A stretch of DNA of 64,000 nt. Origin: Candidatus Latescibacterota bacterium. GTDB taxonomy: Bacteria; Latescibacterota; UBA2968; UBA8231. The notes beneath the pieces are model-generated. The model saw only the letters and a list, made by a program, of their open reading frames with translations. It was not told where the DNA came from and searched no databases. The position numbers were made by a program, and so were the translations under genes. Within the stretch, counting starts at the first letter, position 1, and every line of letters starts with the position of its first letter. The stretch spans positions 1,344,001 to 1,408,000 of the forward strand of contig OZ220089.1 in assembly GCA_964291625.2 (NCBI GenBank), read 5' to 3'. This document shows positions 61,858 through 64,000 of this stretch, one piece after another.

Positions 61858-62889
61858 ATGCGACTCAACCTCAAAGCAGCGCCGGCCCTTGCCGTTCTGG
61901 CATTGGTCATGTTGGCGAGCGGGGCTGCCAGGGCCCAGACGACCGCCGACCAGGTCGTGGACAATGAAACCCTCAAGGCCTTTGTCGAAGGGGCGAAGGC
62001 GGAAATCGAGGCGATCACGGACGTAAACGAAGGAGCGAAGCTCAGGGACAGGCTGAGGACGGAGGGCCCCTGGAAGTCCGGATCGATGTTCCTCATCATC
62101 TTCCTCAAGAGCGGGGAACCGTTCATCCACGGGAACGACCGCGAGGCGGAGAGCAAGAATCTGATCGGCGTCGAGGACGACAACGGACTCAAGGTCGTCG
62201 AGGAACTCCTCGCGGCCGCTGCCGGAGGCGGCGGTTTCGTCGAATACCACGACGGGGAGGCGAAGACGGCATACGCGGTGGAATACACCTCCGGGATCAC
62301 CGGAAGACAGTTCGTGCTGGTCGGCGGCTACTCGCAGGACGTCTCCCATGTCGCAATCCAGACCGCAGATCTGCCGAAGCCCGCCGTCACCGCATCGCAG
62401 GTCGTGGACCGCGAGACACTCATCACCTTCGTCGAGGAAGCGGCCAAGGTGTACGCCGAAGCCGTCCAGTCCGAAGGCTACAGCGCCCTCACCGGGATCA
62501 GAAACGCCTTCCGGGTGGAAGGAGGGGACTGGAAGTCAGGCTCCATTTATCTGTGGGTCGTCAGTGGCTCGGGCATCATCCTGTTTCACGCAACCGAGCC
62601 GTTCCGCGAAGGCAAGGAAACAGACCTGACGAGGACGGATATCAACGGAGTGCGGTTCGCCGAGGAGCTGATCGAAGGTGCGCGGCGCGAGGGTCGGAGG
62701 TTCCTGCAGTACTACTACGACGACCCCACCATCGAGGGAGACGAGGACACCGGTTCGCCGAAGCTCGGTTACGCGGTGGGCTTCTCGGTGGCCAACTCGG
62801 ACCAGAAGGCCGTCATCGGCTCCGGCATCTATCTGGCAGGACAGACGAATGTCGCGCCCATGTCGTGGGGTAGCTTGAAAGGGCACTAG
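61858..62889 (+). CDS. Secreted tandem Cache-like domain protein with a C-terminal SWGxLK motif
   Basis: Signal peptide; two repeats of TA.QVVD.ETL..FVE.A..G.WKSGS; ends in APMSWGSLKGH. Confidence 0.75.
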   Translation: MRLNLKAAPALAVLALVMLASGAARAQTTADQVVDNETLKAFVEGAKAEIEAITDVNEGAKLRDRLRTEGPWKSGSMFLIIFLKSGEPFIHGNDREAESKNLIGVEDDNGLKVVEELLAAAAGGGGFVEYHDGEAKTAYAVEYTSGITGRQFVLVGGYSQDVSHVAIQTADLPKPAVTASQVVDRETLITFVEEAAKVYAEAVQSEGYSALTGIRNAFRVEGGDWKSGSIYLWVVSGSGIILFHATEPFREGKETDLTRTDINGVRFAEELIEGARREGRRFLQYYYDDPTIEGDEDTGSPKLGYAVGFSVANSDQKAVIGSGIYLAGQTNVAPMSWGSLKGH

Positions 62890-62916
62890 ACAACGCGAGA
62901 GGGGATCAGCATCGCC

Positions 62917-63984
62917 ATGGACCGCAGAGAGACCGCCGCCTTCTGGAGACAGGCCTGGATGTCGGAGCACGAACGCCCGCTGACACCGGCCGAGGAGGAG
63001 TTCGTGGACGCCGCCGTTCGCCACACCTCCGACCGCTGGAGCGGCGAGTGCGACGTGGAGCGCATGGCGGCCCTCGTGGAGCGCCATCCCTCGCTGCTGG
63101 AGACGATCGGACCCGCGGTGCTCAACATCGCCGCCTTCCGCCGCGGCTGCGCGCCGGCCCTGGAGTTCCTCCTCGACCGGGGGCTGGTGTTCTCGGTGAA
63201 GGAGTCCGAGTACGGCATCGTCCACGAGGCCGCCTGGGCGGTCTCCACCGACAACCTGCGCATCCTTCTCGAGCGCGGCATGGCCGACCCGAAGAGCACC
63301 TCGAACCCGCACACCGGCTGGCCCGACAACGTCTCCCTCCTCTACTGGCCGGCGGCCCTCCACAACGTGGGCGGACGGGACGGCGAGCCCCTCACCCGGC
63401 TGCTGCTGGAGCACGGCGCCGACCCCGAGGTGAGGTTCAAGGGCAACGGCGAGCGCGGATGCACGGCCCTGCAGGAAGCCTGCGTCTACGGCCGGAGCAA
63501 CCGCGACGGAATCGCCCAGGCCCTGATCGAACACGGCGCCCACTACGACGCCTTCTCCGCCAGCGCCCGGGACGACCTTGACCGCCTGCGCGAGTGCGCA
63601 CGGGAAGAGCCTGACGTGGCGCAATCCCTTGGAGAGGCGGAGATGACCCCCCTCCACTGGGCCGCACGCGCCGGGGCCTTGCGCTGCGGCAAGTGGCTTC
63701 TGAACCACGGCGCGGATGTCGACGCTCAGACCGTCTCCGGGCGGACCCCCCTGCACATGGCCGGCGGCGCCCGGATGCTGTGGCTGCTGGCCGGGAAGGG
63801 CGCGGACCTGAACGCCCAGGACCGGAAGGGCCGCACGCCGTTGCACCAGGCGATGTACGGGGGAGACCTCGAGAAGGCGGAGGTGCTGATCGTGCTCGGC
63901 GCCGATGTGCGCGTCCCCAACCGCCGGGGGAAGACGCCGCTGGAGGTGGCGCGGAAGGACTGCCTGTTCTTCAAGCGAGGGTAA
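62917..63984 (+). CDS. Ankyrin repeat protein (paralogue)
   Basis: CDVERM, GNGERG, TPLHWAAR, GRTPLH; ends in ARKDCLFFKRG. Confidence 0.9.
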   Translation: MDRRETAAFWRQAWMSEHERPLTPAEEEFVDAAVRHTSDRWSGECDVERMAALVERHPSLLETIGPAVLNIAAFRRGCAPALEFLLDRGLVFSVKESEYGIVHEAAWAVSTDNLRILLERGMADPKSTSNPHTGWPDNVSLLYWPAALHNVGGRDGEPLTRLLLEHGADPEVRFKGNGERGCTALQEACVYGRSNRDGIAQALIEHGAHYDAFSASARDDLDRLRECAREEPDVAQSLGEAEMTPLHWAARAGALRCGKWLLNHGADVDAQTVSGRTPLHMAGGARMLWLLAGKGADLNAQDRKGRTPLHQAMYGGDLEKAEVLIVLGADVRVPNRRGKTPLEVARKDCLFFKRG

Positions 63985-64000
63985 GGGAATCGCGATGTTC

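Overview
A very GC-rich bacterial window with about 40 genes. I found no rRNA, tRNA, CRISPR array or intact transposase. The gene content (PorV, several T9SS/FlgD-type C-terminal domains, a DUF6785-like membrane protein, a C-terminal SWGxLK motif, and ankyrin, LRR, NHL and WD40 proteins plus a collagenase) suggests an FCB-related lineage such as Latescibacterota or Gemmatimonadota, probably a sponge or other invertebrate symbiont; this is inference. Left part: a truncated M9 collagenase-WD40 fusion missing from the ORF track, a DUF997-SSS symporter-sulfotransferase-YbaK operon, a Tat-exported PLP enzyme, a TonB receptor + T9SS-cargo + PorV locus, and a DUF6785-like and a heparinase-like gene flanking a ~200-nt structured element. 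Middle: glnD, lon, hflX, a small defence-like islet, a betaine-type ABC operon preceded by a tandem structured repeat, and DHDPS-like, FAD oxidoreductase and hydantoinase B/A genes. Right part: two variable-N/constant-C secreted proteins, then LRR, sulfatase, NHL, beta-helix, GT39, GHL10, amidohydrolase and aceE genes, and an ankyrin array with one frameshifted copy and an inserted Cache-like gene. The best novelty candidates are the tandem riboswitch-like element (31974-32189), the structured element at 16335-16533, the variable/constant cassette pair with ACTAGTG borders, and the SusD-less TonB/T9SS/PorV locus. All family assignments come from motif recognition by eye; no searches were run.
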